Made by a program: the position numbers and the translations under genes. A stretch of DNA of 63,668 nt, the filler included, from Octopus bimaculoides (taxonomy: Eukaryota): assembly GCF_001194135.2 (NCBI RefSeq). It is 9 parts of 8 records of this genome, joined end to end, with 100 filler letters (N's around TTAATTAATTAA, not from the genome) between each part and the next. Parts side by side here need not be neighbours in the genome. Positions count along the whole stretch, not along the records: positions 62,373 to 63,668 come from NC_069010.1; 8 more parts are not named here. One strand, written 5' to 3'. This document shows, piece by piece, positions 63,590-63,668 of this stretch. The notes beneath the pieces were generated by a model. The model made no database searches, was not told where the DNA came from, and worked only from the letters and a program-made list of their open reading frames with translations. The stretch's first letter is position 1, and every line of letters starts with the position of its first letter.

Positions 63590-63636
<47 letters not shown>

Positions 63637-63668
63637 TGTAGTAGTAGTAGTTGTAGTAGTAGCAGCAG
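63518..63668. repeat. (GGT)n/(TAG)n microsatellites
   Basis: Direct sequence. Confidence 0.95.

Overview
AT-rich, microsatellite-dense animal genomic DNA with many assembly gaps. The SINE repertoire and gap style suggest a cephalopod (octopus-like) scaffold; this is inference, not verified. There are no prokaryotic operons, rRNA, true tRNA genes or CRISPR arrays. Most of the window is transposon-derived: four degraded restriction-like-endonuclease non-LTR retrotransposons (R4/Dong-like), Tx1/L1-like, RTE, CR1-group and Penelope-like retroelement fragments, a full-length decayed DD41D-type (rosa/Visitor) Tc1/mariner element with TIRs, a Merlin-like transposase, hAT MITEs, a Helitron-like element and dozens of tRNA-derived SINEs of about four modular families. 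Among the repeats are several minus-strand candidate coding exons with canonical splice sites (46285-46434, 44920-45080, 44638-44731, 32944-33112, 17139-17487), apparently from one unidentified long-intron gene. One plus-strand candidate exon (55271-55317) lies in a CpG-depleted domain that starts at about 52.3 kb. All calls come from manual translation and motif recognition; no database search was run.
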